The notes: generated by a model from the sequence alone, not told the origin. A DNA stretch of 63,987 nt, filler included, from Octopus bimaculoides (GCF_001194135.2; 8 parts of 8 records of this genome joined end to end with filler, not necessarily neighbours in it); one strand, 5' to 3'. Numbered from the whole stretch's first letter, positions 52,007 to 63,987 are shown. Numbers and translations are program-made.

Positions 52007-52284
52007 TGTGGGTAGACAGGTATGTACGTATGTATGTATGCATGCATGTATGTTTGGATGTATGTTTGCATGTGTATGTAAGTACATATATACATCTATA
52101 TTGAAAGAGAGAGAGAGAGAGTGGGGGAGAGGAAGAGAGGGAGAAAGAGAAAGTGAGAGAGAGCATGAGAGAGATAGTTTTATTTAATATACTCTCGTCT
52201 TTGTCGTCATTGTTGACTGCGTTATTTCTTATAGCTTAATTTAGTTATATGCGCGCGCGTATTTAAACTTTCATACATCTTTTA

Positions 52285-52907
52285 CATCTATCAGTAATCA
52301 GACAGGAGCCATGTTTGGGCACCGCCTTGAAGAACATTTTGTCGAATGTATTGACCCTAATATTTATTTCTTTTAAAGCCTGGTACTTATTCTATCGTTG
52401 TCTTTTGCCGAACCGCTAATTTACGGAGACGTAAACACACGAGCACCGGTTATCAAATAGTGATAGTGGGGAGACTAAAACAAACACAAAGACACACACA
52501 NNNNNNNNNNNNNNNNNNNNNNNNNNNNNNNNNNNNNNNNNNNNNNNNNNNNNNNNNNNNNNNNNNNNNNNNNNNNNNNNNNNNNNNNNNNNNNNNNNNN
52601 NNNNNNNNNNNNNNNNNNNNNNNNNNNNNNNNNNNNNNNNNNNNNNNNNNNNNNNNNNNNNNNNNNNNNNNNNNNNNNNNNNNNNNNNNNNNNNNNNNNN
52701 NNNNNNNNNNNNNNNNNNNNNNNNNNCACACACACACACACACGCACACACACACACCAGTCTCCGTCAACCAAATCCACTCACAAGGCTTTGGTCGGCC
52801 TGAGGCTATGGTAGAAGACATTTACCCATGATGCCATTCAGTGGGATTGAACTAGGAACCAAGTGGTTGGGAAGTATGCTTCTTACCACACAACCACGCC
52901 TGCGCCT
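52285..52907 (-). mobile_element. SINE family B spanning a gap at its internal (CA)n
   Basis: Tail at 52285-52499 and head at 52757-52907 flank the N run. Confidence 0.75.
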
Positions 52908-53119
52908 GTATTTATAAAACATACATACACATTTTCTCTTTCTATTTCTCTCCCTCTCTTTCTCTCTCTCTCACACACGCAGACATAAGCGTTGTGTATA
53001 TGTGTATAAACAAATGTAGGCTCATAAAAATGTATGTATTGACATATATGAATGCTGTATGCACATATTTTTCCATTTCTCAATCCAATCTTTACTTTAT
53101 TTATTCTATCACTAGGGAG

Positions 53120-53413
53120 GAGCAAGTCGTCGTCGTCGTCGACCACCGAACGCCATCATTTCCACACAGCAAACATTAAGCGGCCAGCTGCTTTACTGCG
53201 CACGCGCACCGCATCCCATGTGTAAGTGTCGTCTGCTCAGCTCGGCTCACAGTTTCAGAACTTTACCGCCATCGCAGCAAAGCTGTTGTTTCGCTACGGC
53301 GCTTATAACACGGTCTGTCCTCTCCGTACCGTGAGCACAGCGTTTGCACACTGGAGTCGATTTGTGTTCGAACAAGCTGAAGAAGGAGAAGACAAGAGGA
53401 CACCCAGATTGCA
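53120..53413 (+). promoter_or_regulatory. CpG-rich promoter / 5' UTR candidate
   Basis: Locally CpG-rich against a CpG-poor background; TGCGCACGCGCA (53197-53208) exactly matches the NRF1/Ewg consensus YGCGCAYGCGCR; E-box CAGCTG at 53185-53190. Confidence 0.55.
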
Positions 53414-53498
53414 ATGAATAGCGTGGTGAATTTGAGAATGCTGGCCACAGCTTTTTTCCTCATTGCATCTGGAAACCCAATCCAAGACCTTCCTAAAG
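53414..53498 (+). CDS. first coding exon of an unidentified secreted or membrane protein (signal peptide), phase-1 intron follows
   Basis: MNSVVNLRMLATAFFLIASG|NPIQDLPK: basic residue, hydrophobic core and A-x-G cleavage site. Donor is AAAG|GTAAGA. No convincing downstream exon was found in the window. Confidence 0.7.
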
Positions 53499-53513
53499 GT
53501 AAGAAAAGCAATG

Positions 53514-53575
<62 letters not shown>

Positions 53576-54905
53576 ACACATGCACACATCACATACGCGA
53601 AATGCGCACGTGCATACGTGTATATATATATATATATAGTTGGAAAAAGATTTGAGATCTACACNNNNNNNNNNNNNNNNNNNNNNNNNNNNNNNNNNNN
53701 NNNNNNNNNNNNNNNNNNNNNNNNNNNNNNNNNNNNNNNNNNNNNNNNNNNNNNNNNNNNNNNNNNNNNNNNNNNNNNNNNNNNNNNNNNNNNNNNNNNN
53801 NNNNNNNNNNNNNNNNNNNNNNNNNNNNNNNNNNNNNNNNNNNNNNNNNNNNNNNNNNNNNNNNNNNNNNNNNNNNNNNNNNNNNNNNNNNNNNNNNNNN
53901 NNNNNNNNNNNNNNNNNNNNNNNNNNNNNNNNNNNNNNNNNNNNNNNNNNNNNNNNNNNNNNNNNNNNNNNNNNNNNNNNNNNNNNNNNNNNNNNNNNNN
54001 NNNNNNNNNNNNNNNNNNNNNNNNNNNNNNNNNNNNNNNNNNNNNNNNNNNNNNNNNNNNNNNNNNNNNNNNNNNNNNNNNNNNNNNNNNNNNNNNNNNN
54101 NNNNNNNNNNNNNNNNNNNNNNNNNNNNNNNNNNNNNNNNNNNNNNNNNNNNNNNNNNNNNNNNNNNNNNNNNNNNNNNNNNNNNNNNNNNNNNNNNNNN
54201 NNNNNNNNNNNNNNNNNNNNNNNNNNNNNNNNNNNNNNNNNNNNNNNNNNNNNNNNNNNNNNNNAGAACATGAATAATTTTTTTTTTTTAACAATTGCTG
54301 GTTTTAAGTGAAGAATAATAGCCGAATCGTGACCAACTTTCTTTTGAATGGCCGACAATTTTTGAATGGTTTGATATTTCTGAGCAAAACACACACACAC
54401 AGAGTTTTATCATTTATATATATTTATTTATTTATTTATTTATTTATGTGTTTCAGCCAAGTGGCTGCATTCGTGTGTCTGTGTATATTGTCAACGTTGC
54501 TGTAGCCGTATGCGAGTTGTCGTCTCGCTGTGTAAGTGTTATATCCAGCAGTGGTGTAGAATTTGGTCTGAATACTTCAATGATATCAAATTCATTATGT
54601 CACGCCTCTATTGAAAGAATTGTGCTTTTCTTCCGGTTGTTTCCATTTCCTAAGTATGCATGTGCGCGCGCGCGCGCGTGTGTGTGTGCGTGAACGTGAG
54701 TGTATTTACACCGCCTATACACGCACACTCACGCACACAGACACATACACCCACATACGTTCATGCATACATACGTATATAGACACACATGCAAATGTTA
54801 GAATAATGTTATTTGAAAGTATTTTTAAGAATAACAAGTGATGTAATGAATCAAAACTAGGAGTAAGTTCAGATTCATTGTGACGAACAATTTGACTGGA
54901 AATTC

Positions 54906-54936
<31 letters not shown>

Positions 54937-55204
54937 NNNNNNNNNNTTATGTATATGTATATGGATATGTATATACATCTGTGGGTGTTTATTTAGCATA
55001 TGCATGTATAAAAATATGTTTGCGTATACAAGCGGCTGTAGACTTATTTTCGTTTCCAAGTTCTCTTTTCTTTTCTCAAATGACATCACTTTACAACAGC
55101 AACAACAGCAACAATTACTACTACTGCTACTTTCACTTCCTAACACAGGCACTCACTACTCCATGTATGTAAGTGTACATACATATACATACATTCTGAC
55201 GCAG

Positions 55205-55236
<32 letters not shown>

Positions 55237-55531
55237 GCACAAAACAATTAAACACTAAAAACAACAAACAATAAATACAAATTTATGAGAACATGAATAA
55301 TTTTTTTTTTTTAACAATTGCTGGTTTTAAGTGAAGAATAATAGCCGAATCGTGACCAACTTTCTTTTGAATGGCCGACAATTTTTGAATGGTTTGATAT
55401 TTCTGAGCAAAACACACACACACAGAGTTTTNNNNNNNNNNNNNNNNNNNNNNNNNNNNNNNNNNNNNNNNNNNNTTAATTAATTAANNNNNNNNNNNNN
55501 NNNNNNNNNNNNNNNNNNNNNNNNNNNNNNN

Positions 55532-55858
55532 AATACAAAGACCTGGAAATAGAGGTAACTCGAATGTGGAATCTAAAAACAGAAACAATTCCTATCATAG
55601 TAGGTGCCTTAGGTATAATAAAAAAAAAATATTCAGACAAATACATAACAAAAACACCAGGACTTACAAATATATATAACATACAGAAAATTGCACTACT
55701 GGGTACTGCACACATCCTACGCAAAACACTTTCAATACAGTAACCATAAGAGCATCACAGCAAACCACAGCACATGCCCAAGGCACACACAGCTGCGCTC
55801 AGTAGTGAAGTGAAAGCACGTTATAAAAATAAAATTACTGAACAATAATAATAATAAT
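55532..55858 (+). mobile_element. R4/Dong-like LINE 3' end, copy A, with (AAT)n tail
   Basis: YKDLEIEVTRMWNLKTETIPIIVGALG..QKIALLGTAHILRKTLSIQ* (stop 55741-55743). Confidence 0.85.
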
Positions 55859-56814
55859 AGTATCAGAGCAGAAGAAAACAACATTGTATGGTATGTAAAA
55901 ATTGCCACAGAACCGCTATTATTGGAACTAAGAAGGTCAGGCTTGTGTAGCATGGAAGATTGCAAAGATAAAGCACTGTACAAGCATTTGAGAATGAATG
56001 AAACTGAAACTAGGTGGATAAAGAAAAGAATGCATAGACAATTTCATAGGGATGCTGAAGACAAGACAGACAAAGAAAAAGAGATGACTATGGATGACTA
56101 AAATTGATTTAAAACCGGAAACGGAGGCCCTAATCTGTGCCGCCCAATCGCTAGCATTAAGAACCAATTACATCAAATACAGAATAGACAACACATCAGA
56201 AAGTTATAAGTGCAGAATTTGTGGACAAAATGGTGAAACCGTATGGCATATTACCAGTATGCTAGTACGCTACTAGCCCAGAAAGAATATGAGACGTCAT
56301 GACAACATAGCAAGGATTGTCCATTGGACACTCTGCAACAAGCATGGACTTAACAGAGCAAAAAATGTGGTACGATCATAAACCCGAAAGCATCATCGAA
56401 AATGATAATGCAAAAATCCTATGGGATTTTATGATTCAGTGCGACCATGAGATTGAGAATAGGAAACCAGTGTTAATTAAGAAAGAAAGCAAACTATGCT
56501 GGATCATAGATATAGTATGCCCAGCTGACAAGGTATGCGATAAGGAAGAAAAAAAATTCGATAGATATGACAGGCTAGCTTGGGAGGGTAAGCAGTTGTG
56601 ATTGATGAAAAGGGCGGTAGTAGTCCCAATAATTGTCGGAGCCCTAGGAACAGTGAGTAAAAATCATGAGAAGTATATGGAACAAATAGAGTACTTTCAG
56701 AAAACAGCACTGCATGGAACCGCTCGAATACTCCGGAAGGTGCTCGAAGAATAAGGAGTGAACAGCTGGCAACGTAGAACATCTTCAGCGTTAGAAGCTG
56801 TGCAAAGACAATAA

Positions 56815-56875
<61 letters not shown>

Positions 56876-56881
56876 TAATAA
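55859..56881 (+). mobile_element. R4/Dong-like LINE 3' portion, copy B (different family): CCHC knuckle, RLE and (AAT)n tail
   Basis: LKPETEALICAAQ..ALRTNY, CRICGQNGETVWHITS, ILWDFMIQCDHEIENRKP, IIDIVCPAD, PIIVGALG and KTALHGTARILRKVLEE* (stop 56752-56754); (AAT)n at 56820-56881. Confidence 0.88.
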
Positions 56882-57248
56882 CGTTTCTCTAAAAGAAATG
56901 GAGAAACTTTCAAAATACTAAGACCTGGAAAGAGGTAACTTGAATGTAGAATATAAAAACAAACAATACCTATCATAGTGGGCGCATTAAAAAAATATTC
57001 AGACAAATACATAACGGAACACCAGGACTTACAAATATATATAACATACAGAAAATTGCACTACATAGCACAGCACACATCCTACGCAAAACACTATCAA
57101 AACAGTAACAATAAGAGTTTCACAGTAAACTACAGCACATACCCAAGGTACAGAGAGCTGAAATCGGTAGTGAAGTAAAAGCACGTTATAAAAAGTAAAA
57201 CTACTGAATAATAATAATTATAATGACGACGACGACGACGACGACGAC

Positions 57249-57284
<36 letters not shown>
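56882..57284 (+). mobile_element. R4/Dong-like LINE 3' end, copy C (same family as A), tail (AAT)n-(GAC)n-(GAT)n
   Basis: Aligns to copy A through the 3' UTR (cacagcacat.cccaagg..agtagtgaag-like..gcacgttataaaaa). Confidence 0.85.
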
Positions 57285-57285
<1 letters not shown>

Positions 57286-57450
57286 CCCACAAATTGCAAT
57301 GTATCTAAAGGAGACGGAGAAACTCTCAGAATACAAAGATCTGGAAATAGAGGTAACCCGAATGTGGATCCTAAAAGCAGAAACTGTCCCTATAATAATA
57401 GGTGTATTAGGTATGATTAAAAAATATTCAGACAAATGCATAACAAAAGG
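57285..57450 (+). mobile_element. R4/Dong-like fragment, copy D (family of A and C), truncated at both ends
   Basis: EKLSEYKDLEIEVTRMWILKAETVPIIIGVLGMIKKYSDK. Confidence 0.8.
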
Positions 57451-58223
57451 AGGCCTGTGATTTCAGTTTCCTTGTGTCCTATGTTACTGACAGAGTAAAA
57501 GTTTCTGATAAGCTTGAAGTGCCTGTAACCGATTTCAAAACATCTGGTAATCCATCTCGTTCAAAATCTGGTTCAAAATCACAAAAAGGTTAGATTTCTT
57601 CGAGACCATTTTTCTTTATGAGCTGAAACTTAGTCAATGAAAGATCTCCAGGATCGACTTCATGACACATACCATAGGCTTTCCATTATTACTCAAACTG
57701 TTATATAGCGTTAGCACAAGACCAACGAGGACATTTCTGCACACTTTCACAATTCCACTCAACTTTGCCTTTACTGTTCAAAGCAGTATCGGATGTGATG
57801 GTAACTGCTGTGGTACTGAAATCCCAGCTATATCAGCTGTTATGTAAAGGATGAAAACTATTCAACTGAATTTGATGTTATTAATAGAGATGCTCAACAT
57901 GAAATTGAGGTTCTAATTAATGGTAGTGGGAGAGAGATACCTGGTGCACTTTAACGCTTCTTATTCTTCTTTAAAATAAAGTTCCTTTGAAATGAATTCC
58001 ATCATTGGCTCTAGTGGTGCTGTCAGCGTGTTTTGCATATGTTGATCTCTCTAAGAATCTCTATGAACACCCGTGAAGTGCTCGTTCTTGATGTCTACGT
58101 AGCAGGTGAAACGGACGGTCATCTTCTAATTGGACCGAGATCTTGTTTTGTCACCTTATAGAAGTAAGGTAGGATGCAGTTTTATTCCGTACATACACAC
58201 ACACACAGACACACATACAGACA

Positions 58224-58268
<45 letters not shown>

Positions 58269-58565
58269 GCACACTCACACTCTCTCTCTCTCTCTCTCTG
58301 TGCCTCTCTCTTTCTGCCTCTCTATCTCTCTGCCTCTTTCTATTATTCACTCCTTTCACCACCATCAGGAGATCTTTCTTAAAGATCTGCTAGGTTAGCT
58401 TTGTAACCTCCCCTACTTTCTTGTGCATCTATGTCTAGATATATTCCCCTTTCTCTCCGCATACATACGCACATGCACATGTGCATATATAAACACACAC
58501 ACACACACACACACATACACACACACACACATATATATATACATACATACATAATACATATATAT

Positions 58566-58597
<32 letters not shown>

Positions 58598-58698
58598 ANN
58601 NNNNNNNNNNNNNNNNNNNNNNNNNNNNNNNNNNNNNNNNNNTTAATTAATTAANNNNNNNNNNNNNNNNNNNNNNNNNNNNNNNNNNNNNNNNNNNN

Positions 58699-58729
<31 letters not shown>

Positions 58730-59499
58730 ACATCCTTAACCAACACAACGGCTCCTTAGAGATGAAGCACGGGCCCTCTAGCTAGTTATCAAATAATAGT
58801 TATTTCATTAGTGACTCGCGAAACATGGGCTGTTCTAATAAATACTTAGCGCCCCCGTATCTCTCTCTCTCAGCACTCCATTCCTTATTTAAATATGGAA
58901 ATATGGTTGGGCCAAAGTATAATGACATATTTCCTGAAGCGGAATCGTATTCTTTCATGTTTTGAAATCATGGGGTTGAACATTTATCTCTTCCAAATCA
59001 GTTAAACAATCGGTATAGCCAGAAACGCTGAAGAGTCGGGGGCCAACGTCGAAGTTTCAATGTAGGCATACAGCCAGGTAGAAAAAGCAGTTAAATTTAT
59101 TGATCTTTAATCATGTTCTCGCTGTCTTGAAAAGAAAACAAACTTCCTGCATATATATACATTAGACAATGTAGTCAGTTCGAGGCAAATTATGTCAAAA
59201 ACAAAAAAAAAGAAATGAACAAGGTGGTCACGGGTGGAACGTTTCTGGTCATAGGCCTGATCAGCCGGTTGGTAACCTTGGGCAATCAACATCGTCGTCG
59301 TCATCATCATGATCATCATCACCATCATCACAGCCACAACCACTTTTCCCCCGCCCACAACTACTACCGCCACAAACACCATCATCATCAACAACAACAA
59401 CAACGACAACAACAACGACAGCGATAAGGATGAAATATCGATATAAAGTTGAGGCCTGTAAACCAGTGCTTCCCGATTTGGGTATCGCGGCCTACGCAA

Positions 59500-59533
<34 letters not shown>

Positions 59534-60946
59534 AGAGAGAGAATGAGAGGGAGGGAGGNNNNNNNNNNNNNNNNNNNNNNNNNNNNNNNNNNNNNNNNNN
59601 NNNNNNNNNNNNNNNNNNNNNNNNNNNNNNNNNNNNNNNNNNNNNNNNNNNNNNNNNNNNNNNNNNNNNNNNNNNNNNNNNNNNNNNNNNNNNNNNNNNN
59701 NNNNNNNNNNNNNNNNNNNNNNNNNNNNNNNNNNNNNNNNNNNNNNNNNNNNNNNNNNNNNNNNNNNNNNNNNNNNNNNNNNNNNNNNNNNNNNNNNNNN
59801 NNNNNNNNNNNNNNNNNNNNNNNNNNNNNNNNNNNNNNNNNNNNNNNNNNNNNNNNNNNNNNNNNNNNNNNNNNNNNNNNNNNNNNNNNNNNNNNNNNNN
59901 NNNNNNNNNNNNNNNNNNNNNNNNNNNNNNNNNNNNNNNNNNNNNNNNNNNNNNNNNNNNNNNNNNNNNNNNNNNNNNNNNNNNNNNNNNNNNNNNNNNN
60001 NNNNNNNNNNNNNNNNNNNNNNNNNNNNNNNNNNNNNNNNNNNNNNNNNNNNNNNNNNNNNNNNNNNNNNNNNNNNNNNNNNNNNNNNNNNNNNNNNNNN
60101 NNNNNNNNNNNNNNNNNNNNNNNNNNNNNNNNNNNNNNNNNNNNNNNNNNATATATATATATATATATGTATATATATAGGAGCAGGAGTGACTGAGTGG
60201 TAAGAAGCTTGCTTCGCAACCACATGTTTCATGCAAACTCATGCAAATTGTACCCTCCCCACTTCAACTTTAAACATGCAATAGCTTCCATTACGCCAGT
60301 AACCCAGTTCACTATACATCAGCTGTGCCGATTCTGACCATAAGAAAAGAACAATACAAAGAGTCCACTAAAGAAAAGGAAGGAAAATAAACAGGAAGAG
60401 ATTCCAACAATATCAACAAGGGAAACCAACGTAGAAAATCAAGTGGAAATACAGGAACAAGTAACAAAAAAAAGAACCAAAAAAAAAAAAAAGAAATGGC
60501 GTATGGTGACATATTCGAAAAACACGGAAATTGAAAAGAGAATAACCAAAATGAAGTCGGTATTGAAGTTAACAACAGAATATTATCCAAAGAGCACCAA
60601 GGCAATTGTGATTGACCAAGAGTGATGTACAAGATTGAGAGAATTATTTGGAGATAAGATAGACTTCGATGACTTGCCGCCAGTGATAGATTATGAAAAG
60701 ACAGGTGATGGAACAACAAGCAGGTGTATTAGTTTAACGCTCGGGAAGAATGGAAAAGTCTTCCACATTTCGAGCCTGCGCGCTTAGACAGAAAAGATTA
60801 AGAGGAAAAAATACGGTGAGAGAACGAAAATATTAAAAAAAAAAAANNNNNNNNNNNNNNNNNNNNNNNNNNNNNNNNNNNNNNNNNNNNTTAATTAATT
60901 AANNNNNNNNNNNNNNNNNNNNNNNNNNNNNNNNNNNNNNNNNNNN

Positions 60947-62868
60947 CCTTCGTTCATTCTTACATACGTGCGTATGTACGTTCGTTCGTAAGTACGTACG
61001 TACGTTCTTCCTTTTTCCTTTCGTTCGTTCGTTCTTTTGTTCGTTCGTGGGATCTTTCAATCGTACGTCCGTCCGTAGGTTCGTTCTTTCGTTCGGTCGG
61101 TTGGTCGTACGTACGTATGTTCGTTCGTAAAACGTACGTTCCTACGTTCGTTCGTACATACGTAATAACGTAGGTACGTTCTTTCGTTCGTTCGTACGTA
61201 AGTTCACTCGTTCGTTTGTTCGTTCGTTCGTTTTATTCGTACCTACGTACGTTCGTTCTTTCGTTCTTTCAATCTTTCATTCGTTCGTTAGTTCTGTCGT
61301 TAATTCGTACGTAAATACGTACGTTCGTTCGCTCATTTGTACGTACGTAAGTTTGTTCGTTGGTTCGATCGGTCGGTCGTTCGTACGTACGTACGTTAGT
61401 TCTTTCGTTGGTTCATTTTTTAGTTAGTTCGTTCATTCGTTCCTTCCTTTGTAAGTCCGTTCGTTCGTACGTACTTACGTACGTTCGTAAGTTCGTTCGT
61501 TCGTTCGTTCGTTAGTAAGTACGTATGCTCGTTGTTTCCTTCGTTCGTTCTTTCATCCGTTCGTTCATTCGTACGTTCGTTCTTTTGTTCGTACATACGA
61601 AAGTACGTTCGTTCGTACGTACGTATGTATGTACGTTCGTTATTTCGTTCTTAAAGCGTACGTTCCTACGTTCGTTCTTGCGTTCGTTCGTTCGTTCGTT
61701 CATTCCTACGTACGTACGTTCTTTCGTTCGTACGTACGTATGAATTTACGTCCGTTCGTTCGGTCGTTCGTACCTACGTATTTACGTACGCTCGTTCGTT
61801 CATTCGTTCGTACATACATACGTACGTACGTATATACGTTCGTTCGTTTGTACGTACGTACTTATCTACCTGCGTACGTTCGTTCGATCCTTCGTTCATT
61901 TTTACATACGTACGTATGTACGTACGTTCGTTTGTTAGTTCGTTCGTAAGTACGTACGTACGTTCTTCCTTTTTTCTTTCGTTCGTTCGTTCTTTTGTTC
62001 GTTCGTGGGATCTTTCAATCGTACGTACGTCCGTAGGTTCTTTCTTTCGTTCGTACATACCTTCGTTCGTTCGGTCGGTTGGTCGTACGTACGTATGTTC
62101 GTTCGTAAAACGTACGTTCCTACGTTCGTTAATACGTACGTTCGCTCGTTCCTTCATTCCGTTCGTTCGTTTGTTCGTACGTACTACAGTTCGTTCGTAC
62201 ATAGGTACGTACTTTCATTCGCTCGTACGTTCCTTCGTTCGTACGTTTGGACTTATGTAGTTGCTTTCGTTCGTTTATTCGTTTGTCCGTACGTACGTAC
62301 ATANNNNNNNNNNNNNNNNNNNNNNNNNNNNNNNNNNNNNNNNNNNNNNNNNNNNNNNNNNNNNNNNNNNNNNNNNNNNNNNNNNNNNNNNNNNNNNNNN
62401 NNNCTTTCGTTCGTTCGTACGTAAGTTCACTCGTTAGTTCGTTCGTACGTTCGCTCGTTCCTTCATTCCGTTCGTTCAATCGTCCGTTCTTTCGTACGTA
62501 CGTACGTACTTAGGTACGTTCGTTTCCTCGTTCGTTCGCTCGTTCATTCTTTTGTGTCTTCCATCGTTCAATCGTCCGTTCTTTCGTACGTACGTACGTA
62601 CTTAGGTACGTTCGTTTCCTCGTTCGTTCGCTCGTTCATTCATTCGTTCATTCTTTTGTTTCTTCCATCGTTCGCTCATTCGTTCTTTCGTACGTACGTA
62701 CTACAGTTCGTTCGTACATAGGTACGTACTTTCATTCGCTCGTCCGTTCCTTCGTTCGTACGTATGGACGTATGTAGTTGCTTTCGTTCGTTTATTCGTT
62801 TGTCCGTACGTACGTACATACGTTCGTTCAATCGTCCGTTCTTTCGTACGTACGTACTACAGTTCGTT
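60947..62868. repeat. CpG-rich (TACG/TTCG)n satellite with higher-order duplications
   Basis: Continuous 4-bp-period array; the unique marker gggatctttcaatcg recurs at 61049 and 62007; both ends lie in gaps. Confidence 0.92.
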
Positions 62869-63443
62869 NNNNNNNNNNNNNNNNNNNNNNNNNNNNNNNN
62901 NNNNNNNNNNNNTTAATTAATTAANNNNNNNNNNNNNNNNNNNNNNNNNNNNNNNNNNNNNNNNNNNNTCCACACACATACAACACATGCACACATCTAT
63001 CCATACACTGCATACATACGAACATACAAAACTTCTTTGGTGGCCCAGAGTTTCAATTATTCAAAATGTGTGTGTGTATGTGTGTGTGTGTATCTATATA
63101 ATATTCCTCTAGCCAATATTTTTGCTTCTCGGTTATGTTGTGCTCACCATACTTCGGATCTTAAAATATTTTCGTAGATGCTTTCTTTTTGTTATATTTA
63201 TGTTATTTTTGGGTTCTCAAATGTTTTTTTTTTCTTTTTCGCTTCCAGTTTCGCTAATTTATTCCATGGAATTTCTCCGAACACATAATAACCATGTTTG
63301 GCATTCTTTCTTGTTTTAGTTTCTCGTTTTCATTTTCCATTTTATGTGTGCCTGATTTTATCTTTTATTATTAATATTATTACAGTCCCACAAACAAGGT
63401 CTTTGTGGCAATAAACAAAACATCATTATTTTCATCCCTTTTT

Positions 63444-63475
<32 letters not shown>

Positions 63476-63558
63476 TTTTTCTTTCTGTCTTTCTTTTTTC
63501 TCATGTTTTATTGTTGATGTTGTTGTTGTCATTGTCGATCTTCATAAAGATGCCCAGC

Positions 63559-63608
63559 CTGATGATGATGATAATAATAATGATGATGATCATAATCATC
63601 ATTTATCA

Positions 63609-63639
<31 letters not shown>

Positions 63640-63945
63640 CTTCTTCTTCTTCTTCTTCTTCTTCTTCTTCTTCTTCTTCTTCTTCTTCTTCTTCTTCTTC
63701 TTCAACTAATTATTGTTATTATTCTCATTATCACTGTGTCCTAATCCCTTGTGACAACAAAAGAAAAATTGTATTAATAACAATATTAACATTGACATTG
63801 CTGCTGCTGCTGCTGCTGCTGCTATTAGTAGTAGTAACAGCAGCAATGGTAGTAGTTGCAGTAATAGTAATAGCGGTGGTGGTAGGTATAGTAGTAATAA
63901 TAGTAGCAGTATTTTTAGTAGTAGTAGTAGTAGTAGTAGTATTTT

Positions 63946-63987
<42 letters not shown>
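63559..63987. repeat. compound trinucleotide tracts (GAT/AAT), (CTT)n, (GCT)n, (TAG)n
   Basis: Read directly. Confidence 0.9.

Noticed and set aside
54457-54614. Candidate second exon of the secreted-protein gene (tttcag| acceptor, Cys-rich phase-1 translation)
   Set aside because: The reading is low-complexity TG-derived, hits a stop at 54612 and shows no family pattern.
54265-55431. 144-bp direct repeat (54265-54408 and 55288-55431)
   Set aside because: The copies are essentially identical and each abuts a gap edge. This is most likely a scaffolding or haplotype duplication.
60312-60719. 135-aa minus-strand ORF / K-E-rich plus frame
   Set aside because: It is a compositional artefact of an A-rich stretch, possibly a LINE ORF1 remnant, with no diagnostic motif.

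Overview
This is AT-rich, microsatellite-saturated eukaryotic DNA from a gapped draft assembly. The SINE families, repeat density and (TATG)n/(AAT)n/(CA)n tracts point to Octopus or another coleoid cephalopod; this is an inference from recalled repeat families and was not checked against a database. There is no long intact gene, and almost all ORFs in the supplied track are microsatellite or N-gap artefacts. The only probable host-gene signal is a + strand first coding exon at 53414-53498. It encodes a signal-peptide-like MNSVVNLRMLATAFFLIASG|NPIQDLPK, ends at a strong AAAG|GTAAG donor, and follows a CpG-rich promoter-like patch with an exact NRF1/Ewg motif. The rest is layered dead mobile DNA: at least four tRNA-headed SINE or LINE-tail families; three mariner transposase relics; several TA- and 8-bp-TSD MITEs; a pogo DD35D transposase relic with a C-terminal PHD finger; RTE, Tx1/L1 and HERO-like RT fragments; and R4/Dong-like restriction-endonuclease LINE 3' ends. 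The most interesting leads are: (i) a head-to-tail array of R4/Dong-like 3' ends separated by (AAT)n; (ii) several minimal hammerhead-ribozyme-like relics, two with the same non-canonical CCGANGA core and one half-core fused to a tRNA-head SINE; (iii) a CpG-rich (TACG/TTCG)n higher-order satellite whose variants look like CpG-deamination products; and (iv) the unidentified secreted-protein exon. None of these is demonstrably a new system from sequence alone. No CRISPR, rRNA or true tRNA gene was found. The seven TTAATTAATTAA islands inside gaps are assembly linkers.
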